Below, piece by piece: positions 49,260-60,589 of a DNA stretch of 64,000 nucleotides. Each line of letters starts with the position of its first letter. The first letter of the stretch is position 1. The DNA comes from Vitrella brassicaformis CCMP3155 (lineage: Eukaryota > Protista > Chromerida). The translations under genes were made by a program, and so were the position numbers. The notes under the pieces are model-generated. The model made no database searches. It was not told where the DNA came from and worked only from the letters and a program-made list of their open reading frames with translations. The stretch lies in NCBI GenBank assembly GCA_001179505.1, contig CDMY01000319.1, forward strand, positions 1-64,000. The letters run 5' to 3'.

Positions 49260-50799
49260 ATGGGGCTGGCGCTGGAATGGGAGATCTTTTGCGTGGTCGC
49301 TGCATTCATTGCTCACTACGCGTTGGCGTTCTCTCTTCGCGGCATCCCTCTCACCTCATCGCGGCGAAGACTCTCACGCACGTGGCTTGCAGCACGGCAG
49401 ACACACACCGACAAGATCCCTTCAGTCATCTGTGTGGGAGAAGTGAGTGAGTCAGTGAGTGAGTCATTGATTCATCTACTGACTGTCACCGCAGTGCATG
49501 CGCATATACTCACTGCGCCTTTTGGCTTGCAGGTGTTGTGGGATTGCTTCCCTGAGGGACTCTTCCTTGGCGGTGAGATGAAATGGAACACGCCAAAATG
49601 ACACGACACGAACACAGATCATGAATGATCATGGTTGTGCATCCCGGGGTGCAGGTGCGCCAACCAACGTGGCCACGCACAGCGCTGCATTAGGGCGTCC
49701 GGCAGCGGTGGTCTCATGTGTCGGCGATGACGAGCTTGGGCGGCAGGCTCTTCACCGGCTGAAGCAGCGGGATGTTGAGTGCTTCATCAGCTCACACGAC
49801 AGCCTGCCGACGGGCACTGTCCGGGTAGAGGTGGACCACAGAGGGATCCCCTCTTATGACATTATCAAGCCCGTCGCGTGGGACGATGTTGCTGTGGATG
49901 AGGGGGTCATGGCGAGGCTGTCGGCAAGCCCGCCTGACGTGTGCCTGTATGGGTCGCTTGCGAGCCGATCTGCCAAGACGAGACAAACGACATACAGAAT
50001 CGCCGACACAGCCAAGAGGTGAATGGAATGGAATGGAGGGCACGGCGGGGCGGGGCAGGGCGGGGCAGGGCGGCGGCAGGAGGGTTGTCCTTTGTTCTGC
50101 AGGCGGTGCTTTGATGTGAATCTGCGCCCCCCTTATGACTCGAGAGTTGTGGTCCAAGAGGCTTTGGAGAAGACTGATTGGTTGGTGAAGCTGTCTGTTG
50201 AGGAATGGAAGACAGTGTCTGAGTGGTTTGACATTCCTCACAGCCTACCAGAAGGTGCATACTTGCCACACACACAGATGCATGGCTGCTGTTGACCACA
50301 AACAAACCGCGTGTTTCTGTGTCTGCAGGTGCCCGTCAGTTGAGTGAGAAGTTTGGCATTGAGAGCGTCTGCATCACCTTCGGCGAGCACGGCAGCGGCA
50401 TGTTCCGGAAAGGTGAGCACTCGAGGAAGGAGATGGAAGGTGCATCACCTGTGTGCTCACGTCACGTCATGACCCCCAGGCCAATGGAAGGAGCACAGAG
50501 GTTATGACGTGAGCCCCTGGCTTGAGGACACTGTGGGTGCGGGTGATGCCTTCCTCGCGACTCTGGTCGACCGCCTGCTAACACTGGAAGACACCAACCC
50601 ACTTCTCTTCACCAATGACTCGCGCGTCGAGCACATCCTGGGAGAGGCGAACCTCGTGGCTGCGTATGTGGCGACCAAGAGAGGGGCCACACCGATGGTC
50701 ACCCGAGAGGCACTGGAGGGATTCCGCGAGGGGGTCAGGGCGAATGGCCAGTCGGCGGAAGACGATTTCATGCTGCCAGGTGTAAGATATGTTGTCTGA
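49260..50799 (+). CDS. PfkB-family carbohydrate kinase (fructokinase-like), putative plastid-targeted
   Basis: GEVLWD, GGAPTNVA, VGDDELG, PTG, FDVNLR and [10 protein letters not shown]-terminal hydrophobic peptide ends ALA|F and is followed by a Ser/Arg-rich segment. Confidence 0.9.
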
Positions 50800-51147
50800 C
50801 TTTCGGCCTGCCTATGTTGTCTTCACCTGTGGGATAAAAGAGTGCTATATTTGTGAGAGGTGCATGGGCGGGTGCCGCCCCGGGGATCGTGCTGTGTGCG
50901 CATTTTTTCCCATCCTTTCCATGCTATACACCGTGTGTGTGTATGTGTATGTGTTGATAGTCAGTCTGCTGCTCTTGATTGCAATGATTGAATCAGATGG
51001 ACGGACACTTGGCCACTCTGGACTGGTCAGCGTTCATTTCACGTAACTGAGTCAGTTTGCACCGGCATGCAGGCACCAGCAGCAAGCTATACACATGCAT
51101 CCGCGCCACCCCACACATCATTAATGATGCACACACACACGAGTCAG

Positions 51148-53595
51148 TCAGGCATCCACATCGCCCTCACCCTCTCCCTCGATATCGTCATGCAAATCGT
51201 CCTCTCCCGTGGCGGCTCGGCCGGCAGGCACGAGGCTTCCACCACCGCCATCGCCGTGCAGCCTCTCCGTCTCCAAGAGGAAACGGGTGTGCTCCTGACA
51301 CGACAGACACCAAACACGTCCGTTCACACACACAGCGCACCCCCGTGTGGTCTGTATGCATCTCTCTCATCTGCTCACGTGCCCTGCCCCACCCACCTCA
51401 AAGCGTTCTAAGTATTTGAGAAACCCCATTCCTTGCCCGGCTCCGTCTCCCCCCATGCCCCTCTCGTCCATCCCCACCGCCCCCGCCAGCCGCGCCGCCT
51501 CCTCTAGCTCGTCCTCCTCCCTCTCGCGGGTGGGGTACTGGTGAGGAGGACCACTCTGATCACCGCGTTCCCTTCGAGGCTCACGCAGCGACGCTATCAC
51601 AGCAGCGGCCTCCTCACGCACACGTTCGTCGCATGGGGGAAGGTCCATGCCTGTGGTGATTGATGCATACAGACAGAGACGCACACGTGCATTGTGCTAC
51701 ATTACTGACGGTGTCTGTCTGTGTCTGTTGTTGCTCTCTAGTCCTTGGTTCCAGCTGACTTACTTGGGTTCTGTGCGTGTGGATGCAGCGACATGTCCAC
51801 CGGTTCTAGGGCGCGAGGCATCATGGTGGGGAACACCTGCGACGCCTCGTCCGGACCATCGAGCTGGTTGGCCAATGTGGCCTGCATGTCGATCTCATTC
51901 ACCCCAACCTCCGCCAGAGCCGCAGTGATGTCCTGCGACGACACGGGGGCGTGGGCACCACCTAATCCCGGTGGCCGCATGATGCGGCTGAAGGGCTGCT
52001 GGGTGCCGAGAGGCGGGGAGCGTGAGCCTTTGCGACGGGCGAGGGCGTGTGGGGACCTCGGGTGGCACTGCTGCTCAGTGATGGCGTCGTAGAGGGGCAC
52101 GTGGAGGGAGGAGAGGAGGGAGATGGTGCCCAGCTGAGGGACGTCCCTCTGACAAATAAGGGAGAAAGACAGACAACACAGTGGGAGTCTTTGGTTGGTT
52201 GACGGGGCGTATGTGTGTGCTGCTGTGTGCTGCTTACCATGAGCTGCTCGGCCTCTTCTAGCCGCTGTGTCAGCTTGTTGATATGCTGCTCTCGCGCCTG
52301 CACACGGACCACTCACACAGCACCGTCCAGCAAGGCACCTGCTGTCTGTCAGTCTGTTGATCAGTACCGGCCCGTGTGGTCCACACCCACCTGCAGCAGC
52401 TGTTTTAGCGATGCCATCTGGTTGACATGCGACCTGAGCCCTCGACGGAGCCGCTTTATCTCCACCTGTGACTTCCACAACTGACACGCACAAGCCAGCA
52501 ACACATCACTGACTGACACCATGCATGGCTAGATGTCCTGACCTCTCTCTCCATCCACTTGAGGTGCCCCTTATCGACCTCCATCACCCCTCTAGACGTC
52601 ACCTCCTCCTCCCGCAGCTGCTCCCTCACGCGCAACACGCGACCACCACCACCACCACCATTACCGCGGCCATTGCTCGAACAGTGCCCTTCGGCAGCCG
52701 GCTCCTGATGGTGCGGCGGACTCAGCGCCTCCACTCTCCGCAGCAGTCGTGTCGACGACCCCGTGTGGATGCATGGGGATTGCGACTGGTCCAGGAACTG
52801 GTGTTTGGGCGACTCATCCACCTTGAGTTGGCTCAGAAACTGCTCCTGGATGGCCTCTGCGTCATCAGTGAAGGGGGCGGGGGGCGGGCACGGGGAGGGG
52901 GAGGGGGAGTGGGGTCGAGCCGGCTGATCAGCTGCATGGGTGACGGAGGACGGGCTGGAAGAGGGGCCCGGCTGGCGCAGCGGCTGCTGTCTAGTGTCGC
53001 GATGTTTGCGAACCATACACGCCTGATCAGCAGGAACCAGTAGACGGCGCACACATGACATGACCGGGTGTTGTGCGTGTGGTATCGCTGGGTGCGGTGC
53101 ACGTACCATGTGTGTGGGGAGGGTCTTTAAGGGTCCGTCATAGGGCACTCTATCCATCGGCGGGTACCAGGTGCCCTCCCTGATGCAGTGCAGCAGCAGC
53201 AGCGCGTGCAAGTTGCCTGATCCAGACACACACAAAGAGAGCCACCAATGAAGAGCAATTGAATGCGACCGGCATGGCGTCATCACTGCAGGGCGAAAGC
53301 CTACTTACGATGCTTCTTCAAGGTGGTCGTCGCATGCTCCTCATACAGCTTCTGTTGCTGGACGATGCACACACACATGTGAAGCCAACACACGCACGCC
53401 GCAGCCATGCGGCCTTGTGGAGTCTCTACCCATTTCTCCGCGCGGATCTGCAAGTGCCTTGGCAAGGCGGAAAGAGTCATGTCCACCTCTGCACACGGCA
53501 ACAAGAGTGAAAGAGTGTTTCAATGGATGAAATTCATCAGTTTCGCCCAGCTGACCTCTCATAGTACTCAGGAACTCCTCGTCCTGGCTCATCAT
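51148..53595 (-). CDS. DUF4485 (CEP112 N-terminal-like) protein with coiled-coil and low-complexity C-terminus
   Basis: Spliced N-terminus DEEFLSTMREVDMTLSALPRHLQIRAEKW..KL..HRNLHALLLLHCIREG..PMDRVPYDGPLKTLP resembles DUF4485. Confidence 0.6.
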
Positions 53596-54299
53596 CTCAG
53601 TTCGTAGCCTCGGCCGCAGCGGTGCGCGACGACGACGACGACGCAGAAGTCGACAAGCCGTCCTAGCTTCGCAAAGGGGAAAATCCCTTCCTTTGCGAGC
53701 TTGGCACCGATCGGCGTGCTTTGCTGGAAGTACTGACGGAGTGTCAGTCTGTGTTTGTGCGGACGCAGTGTATCTCCCTTGTCACATTTGTACTGAAGAT
53801 CCGTGCTCCGCTCCATCCCGTCAGTTGTGCTGCATCCACTTCTGCAGCTGCATCATGGCCTGGTTGTCGATAGTGAGTGAGAGTGGGACTGTCTGATGTC
53901 GATATGGCTGCTTGATCATCGACAGAAGAGTGTACGAGCACCCATTCGTTCGTTGTCTGTCTGCTCGAACCAATACGCACACACAGCCAAAGCTCATCCA
54001 CGGCACACAACCTATGAACAAAGTTACGGAAAATAAAAGCAGCAGCGCACAGGCATGCACACACCATCGATCGACTCACGGCTGTCGATCGATCAATGAA
54101 CACACGAAAAATGCATTGCAGTGTGGGCAAATCACACACAGAGACAGAAACCACGGACACTCCTTTTTTGTCTCATCCCCACACCAAGAGAGAGGAGTGG
54201 GATCACACACAAGGCACAGCACAGCACAGCACCGAACATAGGGCTACATATGATGTACACGATGTGTCTGTCTGCTCTGCTGTTCCCTCCCTCCCTCAT

Positions 54300-55241
54300 T
54301 CATACGTTGGCCAGATCACCGCCGTCTTGTGGGTTGCTCACATTCCCCAGCACAGCTGCCGGAGGCCCATGGGACACGACGGGGGCAGGCACAGACACCG
54401 GGGCGGCCGCACCTGCATGACGCTGCCCCTTGACCCTCAGCCTCTCCACGCACTTGACGACGACATCGAAAACTAATAGTAGCATCATGGGGCCGGAAGT
54501 GACGGATGAGGCTGCGAGCATGAGATAGGGGCCCACACCAACCTCACACGGCGCTGCGTGCATGTCGCCCGTCATGGCGTCAAAGCACCAGTCGACGTTG
54601 GTCAGGTGTTTCCATACGAAGAAGGCAACAAAGGAAAAGCCATAGCTTGCCGTGAACAAGACAGCGGCAATGACATTGAAGTGACGGCGTGGGATGCCGC
54701 AGCAACCGGCTGTCGGCCCGGGATCATAGTAATAACACTTCTTCGAGGCCAAGAGAAAGCACCCAAGGGATACTGGGCCGAGGGCGGGACCGGCGGTCAC
54801 CGCGACCAAGACAACAAAGCCCGCGATGTAGTAACGTCGCCATGCAGCGGCCGCCTTGTCTTCGTCCCTCTCGTGGCGCTTGTCAATAAGGAAGCCGTAC
54901 GCTGCCTCACACTCACAGGTGCTTCCCGAGTCGTCACTCGTGTATGTGCACTTCGCGAATCGCACTCGTGTGTCGACGGTGTCGCGTCCGCACCAGAGTT
55001 TGGCGTCGGCTCCATCCACAAGCTTCAGCCGGACCGTGTAGGCCGTGATGGTGTATACCTGCTCCATCTCCTCATACAACTGCGGAGAGAGTGAGTGCGG
55101 GTGAGCGGCTCCATCTCGGTGTACGTGGGATCTCCGCCAGTCGGGCAAGCCGACCAATCAGATTCCCAAGCCACAAATGGCAAACATACAGGCCCCGATG
55201 GCCGCCCACACCGCAACACAACTCCACAGGCACTCCCTCAT
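54300..55241 (-). pseudogene. Tetraspan (claudin/amastin-like) membrane protein with an in-frame TGA
   Basis: Four hydrophobic segments and a Cys-rich loop. TGA at 55158-55160 interrupts TM1 (FAICGLGI*LVGLPDW). Confidence 0.55.
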
Positions 55242-55714
55242 CGCCTCTGTGACACACAGGAGTCACACAAACTGACATGACAGCACACAGATCTGTTGTG
55301 TGTGTAATGGCGTGCCGCTCTTTGCTCGGTGCCGAGTGCGTTGAAGAAAGAAAGCCGCTTCATCACATCAAGCCAAGCGGCCCTGCGAACACACACACAC
55401 AGACACAAAAGTCTATATGCATATGCAGATTCAGCATGTGTGTATGGCTGATACATCGTCCCTCTCACCAGCTCCCTGCATGGGCGGCGCCTTCCCTTCT
55501 TGCCGCTTGCGAGCTTGGATCGTCGGTGTCTTTTGGCAGGGGAAAAAGGCTCAGACATGTAGCTGTGCGTTGCCAGTGTGGTGCATTCGGCCGAGGAAAC
55601 GCAGGAAGCTCTTCCGCTTTCTCCATCCATCCATTCATTGGTTCTCATCGTCAAGCTTTGCAGAAAATTTTGCCAGCCGCTCTCGCCGAGCCTCTCTCTC
55701 TCTCTGCAGTACGT

Positions 55715-56560
55715 ATGGCTGTGGTGCCAGCGGCATTACTAGTTCCGCAGCCGGTGGCCAGGCCTCTTGATCGGCACGGCAGGCCGCTGTTCTGTAATAT
55801 AGGCGTGGAGCTGGAGGCCCAGACCAACCTGTTCGAGATCGTGCATGCCCGCGAAAACCTGTTCGAATTCGCCGTCTGGGTGTATTTTGCGGGTATGTGA
55901 GCCGTCAGGAAGGAAGATCAGCACTGACGTGATCTGCGACCCATCGATTTGTGTGGCGTCTGTCTGCAGAGTTTGACCCACCGGTGGATTCCCCGAGGCT
56001 CAAAAGACAGCTGGTATACCGAAATGCCGACCAGGTGATGTCCACACATTCATCCGGACGAATAAATGGCACTTTGGACCCCACTTGCCCTTTGTGCTGC
56101 TGTGTTGCTGCAGATCTTGCAGAGTCTGGGTGCGGCTGGCGGTGCGTTGCTGTACCAGGGCACCAACCTGTTCGTCAAAGTCGACCGGTCCACACAGCCA
56201 AGGTCCACTGCATCCATAGCCGTCACACCGATCGGCCCTGACGTGAGCAGAAGCCGGAAGAACGGAAGAAGGAGGGTGTGTGTATTTCTGTGTACTGTGT
56301 CTCAGACTCAGAGCATCGGCCTCACGCGGCAGCGTTCCATAGATATGAGTAATCAAGGACGGACAGATCAAAGGCTGCGGGCGACATCCATCCATGTGTA
56401 CATCTGTCCATCTGTTAGGGGGTGCGTTGGACCAGGAGGCCATCCAGTACCTCACCTGTGCGGTCAACAAGGCCATCGGCCAGCTGCGGGTGAGTGAGCT
56501 GACACTCACATGCAGCCACAGACAGGAACAGATGTCCAACCTTTGCAGCGTCTTCTCCCT

Positions 56561-56611
<51 letters not shown>

Positions 56612-59600
56612 TTCCAAAGCGTCGGTCGGCATCGTTTCCTGACGGAGATGATGAGGCAGGTCGACCCCGAGATGGGCGGCACCACCACCGTGGGCAACTA
56701 CAAACTCCTCCCCGGGTACTTCACGTCCATCCAGCAGCTCGGCGCGTCACTCTACCTGCAGGTCACCCAGCGATTCATGAATTCATGAATTCATCTGCGT
56801 TTAGCATCTCATTGTGGCTCTTGTGGCTGTAATGGCTGGTTTGTCAGGTGGACTGCATGCACCGCATCATCCATATGAACACCCTGCGGGACGTCCTGGA
56901 CGAACGACGGGTTGGTGGATGGGTTGGTGGGTGGGGGGATGGGCACAAATGGATGGGAGGGTGTCACATCACAATGGACGCATGTGTCCCATGGATGTGT
57001 GTGTTTGTGGGTGCAGCGGCGTTTCACCGGGAGTGAGGCCGCGTTTGCACAGCTGATGAACGAGGAGTTCCAGGGGAGCGCATCATCACCATATACGTAG
57101 GACCGACGGACAGCCACAGAATACACCCCCATCAGCCACAGATCGGATTTTCTTTCTTGTGTGCTGGTCGTTTGTTTGCAGGAGAGCGGCCCCGTGGGCA
57201 ACCGAGACAGGAAGCTCTACACCATCACAGAGGTATGGTGCCGCCCCCACCTCCCCCCAAACGCATGTGTCTGTCCGTCCATTCAGTTGGTGTTTGGCGA
57301 GCCTGGCATCCACGGCACCTTCACCCGTCGGCAGCAAGGGCAGGAGGTGACGGTGTCGTACGCCCAGTACTTCCAAAACACATACGGCATCAACCTCGCC
57401 AAAGGGCAGGCACTCGGTACGCTCACACACGCACAGGAATGGTCAATCCTTCCATCCATCCATCCATTGGCTGTCGGCTGCACTGATTGCAGTCAAGTAC
57501 GAGAGGACTCGTCGCATGCCCGACGGGAATCAGCAGGTCATCAACACCATCATCCTGCCCTCACAGACAGTCACACTCACCGGTCAGCCGCACCCCCACC
57601 CCATCTCCCTCTCCCCTCCCCCCCTCCCTCAACTCTGCCTCTGTCGGCTTGGCTTGCTTGCAGGGATGGATGAGTCGATCCGCAGCAACTTTGATTTGAA
57701 CAACCAGATCGCCAACCGGTGCCGAATGCTGCCCGGCGTGCGGCTGAACAGGAGCAGAGGGTTGGCACGGAAGCTGCAGGCCCAGACGGCCGCGGGGGGC
57801 GGACCTAACAGGGCTGCAGGTCAGACAGAGACACCGAAATCCACCACCTTATTTGTGACACATTGTGTGTGCGTGTGTGTGTGTGTATGTGTGTGTGTGT
57901 GCAGAGGTGTTGGAAACCTATGGGATCACCATCCATACGGACGGCAACCTGGTCAAGGGTAACAACACCGCACAAGAGCANNNNNNNNNNNNNNNNNNNN
58001 NNNNNNNNNNNNNNNNNNNNNNNNNNNNNNNNNNNNNNNNNNNNNNNNNNNNNNNNNNNNNNNNNNNNNNNNNNNNNNNNNNNNNNNNNNNNNNNNNNNN
58101 NNNNNNNNNNNNNNNNNNNNNNNNNNNNNNNNNNNNNNNNNNNNNNNNNNNNNNNNNNNNNNNNNNNNNNNNNNNNNNNNNNNNNNNNNNNNNNNNNNNN
58201 NNNNNNNNNNNNNNNNNNNNNNNNNNNNNNNNNNNNNNNNNNNNNNNNNNNNNNNNNNNNNNNNNNNNNNNNNNNNNNNNCCCCACCACCCCAACACCTC
58301 TCTCTCTCTCTCTCTCTGTGTACCTGTGTGTGTCTAGAGTACGGCATGGGCTACGACGACCCATTGCTCATCTACCCGCCTGTGCTCAACATGGGCACCA
58401 TCAACGACCCCCGCTTCGAGCGCGTCTACGGGCTGCACATGGACGACCTACGCGAACGCATAGAGCAGGCCAGCGACCCCATCATGGTGGTCTTCATATT
58501 GCCCGAAAATAAGACCCAGGCCAAACAGGTCTATGAGGTGAGGAGAGAAAGAGGCTGGTGGTGTGGATGGATGATGGATGGATGGGTCGGTGTGTGTTGC
58601 CAGGCCATGAAGCAGCGGCTGACATGTGGTAACGAGGCGGTACTCACACAGGTGGGTGGACGGATGGACTGGGCAAAGAGACGCCATGACGGCATCACTC
58701 AACCCTTCCTGTGTCTCTGCCTCCGTGTGTATGGGCATGTGTGCAGGGTGTGCAAGCCAAGACGGTGTCGGGCAATCGGTGGAACTCGGCACTGCCCAAA
58801 CTGGTGGCCCAGATCGCGTGCAAGGTACCCAGCACACAGAGAGAGAGACACACACACATACACATGGCACCAACCCACCACCCATGTGTGTTTTCTCTGT
58901 GTGCAGTTGGGTGGCGCAGCGTGGGCGTTGAACACCAAGGCTGTCGTCAGGCGCAGCACCATGGTCATCGGAGTGGACTGCAAGAAAGCCAAAGGTCAAC
59001 CCCTCAACCCAGACAGAGATATACATGAATCGATGCCCTTCCCGTCTGTGTGTCTACGGGTGTGGATGGATGGATGGATACAGGCAAGACGGTGATAGTG
59101 TTGACGGCCTCGATTGAAGACCTGTTCCTCGAGTACTACACGAGCGTGCGGGTGCGGGAGGGGGAGGGAGAGCAGGTCGACAACTTCCCGGTCTTCATAT
59201 AGGGTACACAATGCGGCGGTATTTCCTGTGTCTGTTCATGTGTGGATGGATGGATGGATGCATACAGATGCCATAGCCACGTTCCTTGAGAATCCGCGTT
59301 TCAAGGGGCAGCCCCCTAGCAGATTCATCATCTACCGGTCCGTTTGTCGATGCCCATCCGCCTATTCGCGTTGGTTTACATGTGTCATGAATGCAGTGGT
59401 GGTCTGGGAGAGCGTCAGAAGCGTGCTGTCATTGACTTTGAGCTGCCCATGATTGAGGAGGGGTTCAGGCAGCTGACGACTGACGAGTGGAAGCCCGAAT
59501 GGGTCTACATCCTCGTCGATAGGAACGCCAGGCAAAGGTACGCACACACACCCCAACACACATCTGCGCATCTGAGCATACGCAGAATGTATGCGGTGTA

Positions 59601-60392
59601 TGGTCAGGTTTGCCGTGCGCAAGCCGGGTGGCGGCCCGCTCGAGAACCCGCCGCCACTAACTGTGTTCGACCAAGGTAAGGTACACACAAACATATTCAC
59701 ATAACAGATAGACATTAGACATATCGACTTATCTTGGCCCCCACTGCACTGAGCAAATGCATCCAGCTGATCTGCTCATCTCTCTGTGCTGTGCTGTGCT
59801 GTGCTGTGCTGTGTGTGTCCTGTCTGTGCAGGTGTGACGGACAGCCACAATTATGCCTTCTACGGCTGCCACCAATTCGTCACTCAAGGCATGGATGCAT
59901 CCATGGCAGTGATGGCACGACACACATACCTCCTCACCTGTCATGCGTGGCTGACAGGCACCGTGACGCCGACCAAGTATGAGGTGTACGGTCAGTCCGC
60001 CAACTGGGACGCCACAAAGAAGGTCGGCGTCGATGGCCTCTGCCGCATCACCATGCAACTCAGCATACTGTACCAAAACTGGAGCGGTACACACGCACAG
60101 CTCTCACACGCACAGCTATCATATGGGATGGGCATGCCCTCACGCACAGAAAGGGAGACATCTTCTCAAGAGGGGAGACGTGGAATGGTGGCGTCTGTGT
60201 GTTCTGCCACAGGTCCCGTTCGTGTGCCAGCGCCGGTCAAGTACGCCGAGACGTAAGGACAAATGGACTTCAAGTCCAGTGGGGCCGTCACGGATGCGTA
60301 TGTGGACCCTCAGGTGTGCGCTCAAGGTCACAGAAGCGCTGGACAACCAGGTGCCATCAGACCAGCTGTCCACCAAGCTGTGGTTCTTGTGA
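55715..60392 (+). CDS. PIWI: PIWI-clade Argonaute (N-PAZ-MID-PIWI), more than 20 exons, with apparent inactivating lesions
   Basis: GYFTSI, SYAQYFQNTYGI (PAZ), MID residues Y/K/Q/K, KLGG..W, MVIGVD, TVTPTKY, LYQNWSGPVRVPAPVKYA and C-terminal KLWFL. Spans an N gap. Confidence 0.92.
57981..58280. other. Assembly gap (300 N) inside the Piwi gene
   Basis: Run of N. Confidence 1.
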
Positions 60393-60589
60393 GCAGACCT
60401 GTCGCAATAGAGGAGGGAGGGAGGGAGGGAGTTCATTTCAGTTGTCGATAGATAGCTATGGATGACGATCAAGTGATGCGCGCGTGAATGGTGGAGGTGT
60501 GTTGCATGTCGGCCAATCTTTCCTCAATCGATTCATTTGTCGACTCTTTTAAATCGTCTCATCCATCCATTTGTCCATCCACACTCACT

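Noticed and set aside
60253-60256. Apparent early stop after PVKYAET in Piwi
   Set aside because: It is the GTAAGG donor of a final intron. Splicing yields ETCALKV...KLWFL*.
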